From contig JAIPKD010000001.1 in assembly GCA_021733835.1 (NCBI GenBank), positions 17,516-81,515 on the forward strand: 64,000 bases of DNA. Reading direction: 5' to 3'. Every line of letters begins with the position of its first letter. Position 1 is the first letter of the stretch. The translations under genes and the position numbers were made by a program. The notes under the pieces are model-generated. The model was not told where the DNA came from. It saw nothing but the letters and a program-made list of their open reading frames with translations, and searched no databases. Shown piece after piece: positions 63,811-64,000 of the stretch. The stretch comes from Verrucomicrobiota bacterium. Its GTDB lineage: Bacteria > Verrucomicrobiota > Verrucomicrobiia > Limisphaerales > JAIPKD01.

Positions 63811-64000
63811 ATGTTATTGGCGCGAGTTGAAGGAAATCTGACATCGACCCGTAAGCATCCGAGTCTCGATGGGTGGCGGCTGATCGTATGTCAGCCCCTG
63901 GATCACACGCGTCAGCCTAAGGGTGCGCCGGTCGTAGCTATAGACCGGTTGGGCGCGGCGATGCATCATGAGGTGATTGTTTCCTCGGACGGCGCCGCGG
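63811..64000 (+). CDS. Second BMC-P vertex protein (3'-truncated by window end)
   Basis: MLLARVEGNLTSTRKHPSLDGWRLIVCQPL...VAIDRLGAAMHHEVIVSSDGAA. The ORF is still open at nt 64000. Confidence 0.85.
   Translation, partial: MLLARVEGNLTSTRKHPSLDGWRLIVCQPLDHTRQPKGAPVVAIDRLGAAMHHEVIVSSDGAA

Overview
This is a 64-kb chromosomal window from a PVC-superphylum bacterium, most likely Verrucomicrobiota-type. Three things support that: the 16S gene carries the exact EUB338-III probe target ACACCTACGGGTGGCAGC, there are PEP-CTERM proteins, and there is a Planctomycetes/Verrucomicrobia-type (PVM-like) microcompartment locus.

Layout:
(i) 0-3.6 kb: repeat-rich non-coding DNA, a decayed large-protein gene, and an AT-rich pair of paralogous PEP-CTERM proteins.
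(ii) gatC-gatA, an internally deleted GH43 remnant, an ECF sigma / anti-sigma / hybrid histidine kinase gene string, and an ICMT-family membrane protein.
(iii) One uninterrupted 12.9-kb ORF (about 4,290 aa). It encodes a secreted mosaic of PA14, CBM-like, FN3, PKD, LamG-like, cadherin-like, beta-helix and glycosidase-like modules.
(iv) A transglutaminase-like lipoprotein, ppdK, clpB, a fused membrane/spermidine-synthase-like/TPR protein, ubiE and larE.
(v) A gspF plus minor-pseudopilin (H/I/J/K-like) operon, followed directly by bioD.
(vi) A complete rrn operon: 16S, tRNA-Ala, tRNA-Ile, 23S, 5S.
(vii) holB, an O-antigen-ligase-like gene, aroQ, a PPi-type phosphofructokinase, a Tat-signal FucI/AraA-like protein, GH43 and an SRAP peptidase.
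(viii) A DeoR regulator and a BMC locus (pduL, three BMC-H, ackA, two BMC-P, aldehyde dehydrogenase) that runs off the window end.

The most unusual feature is the giant ORF. It has domain-in-domain nesting: a CBM-like module sits inside one PA14 domain, and PA14 domains sit inside cadherin-like domains. It also has two layers of near-identical tandem repeats (2 x ~798 bp and 8 x 291 bp). Several families of short dispersed intergenic repeats are also present. I saw no CRISPR array, transposase, integrase, reverse transcriptase or phage genes. All domain and family calls were made by eye from motifs. No database search was run.
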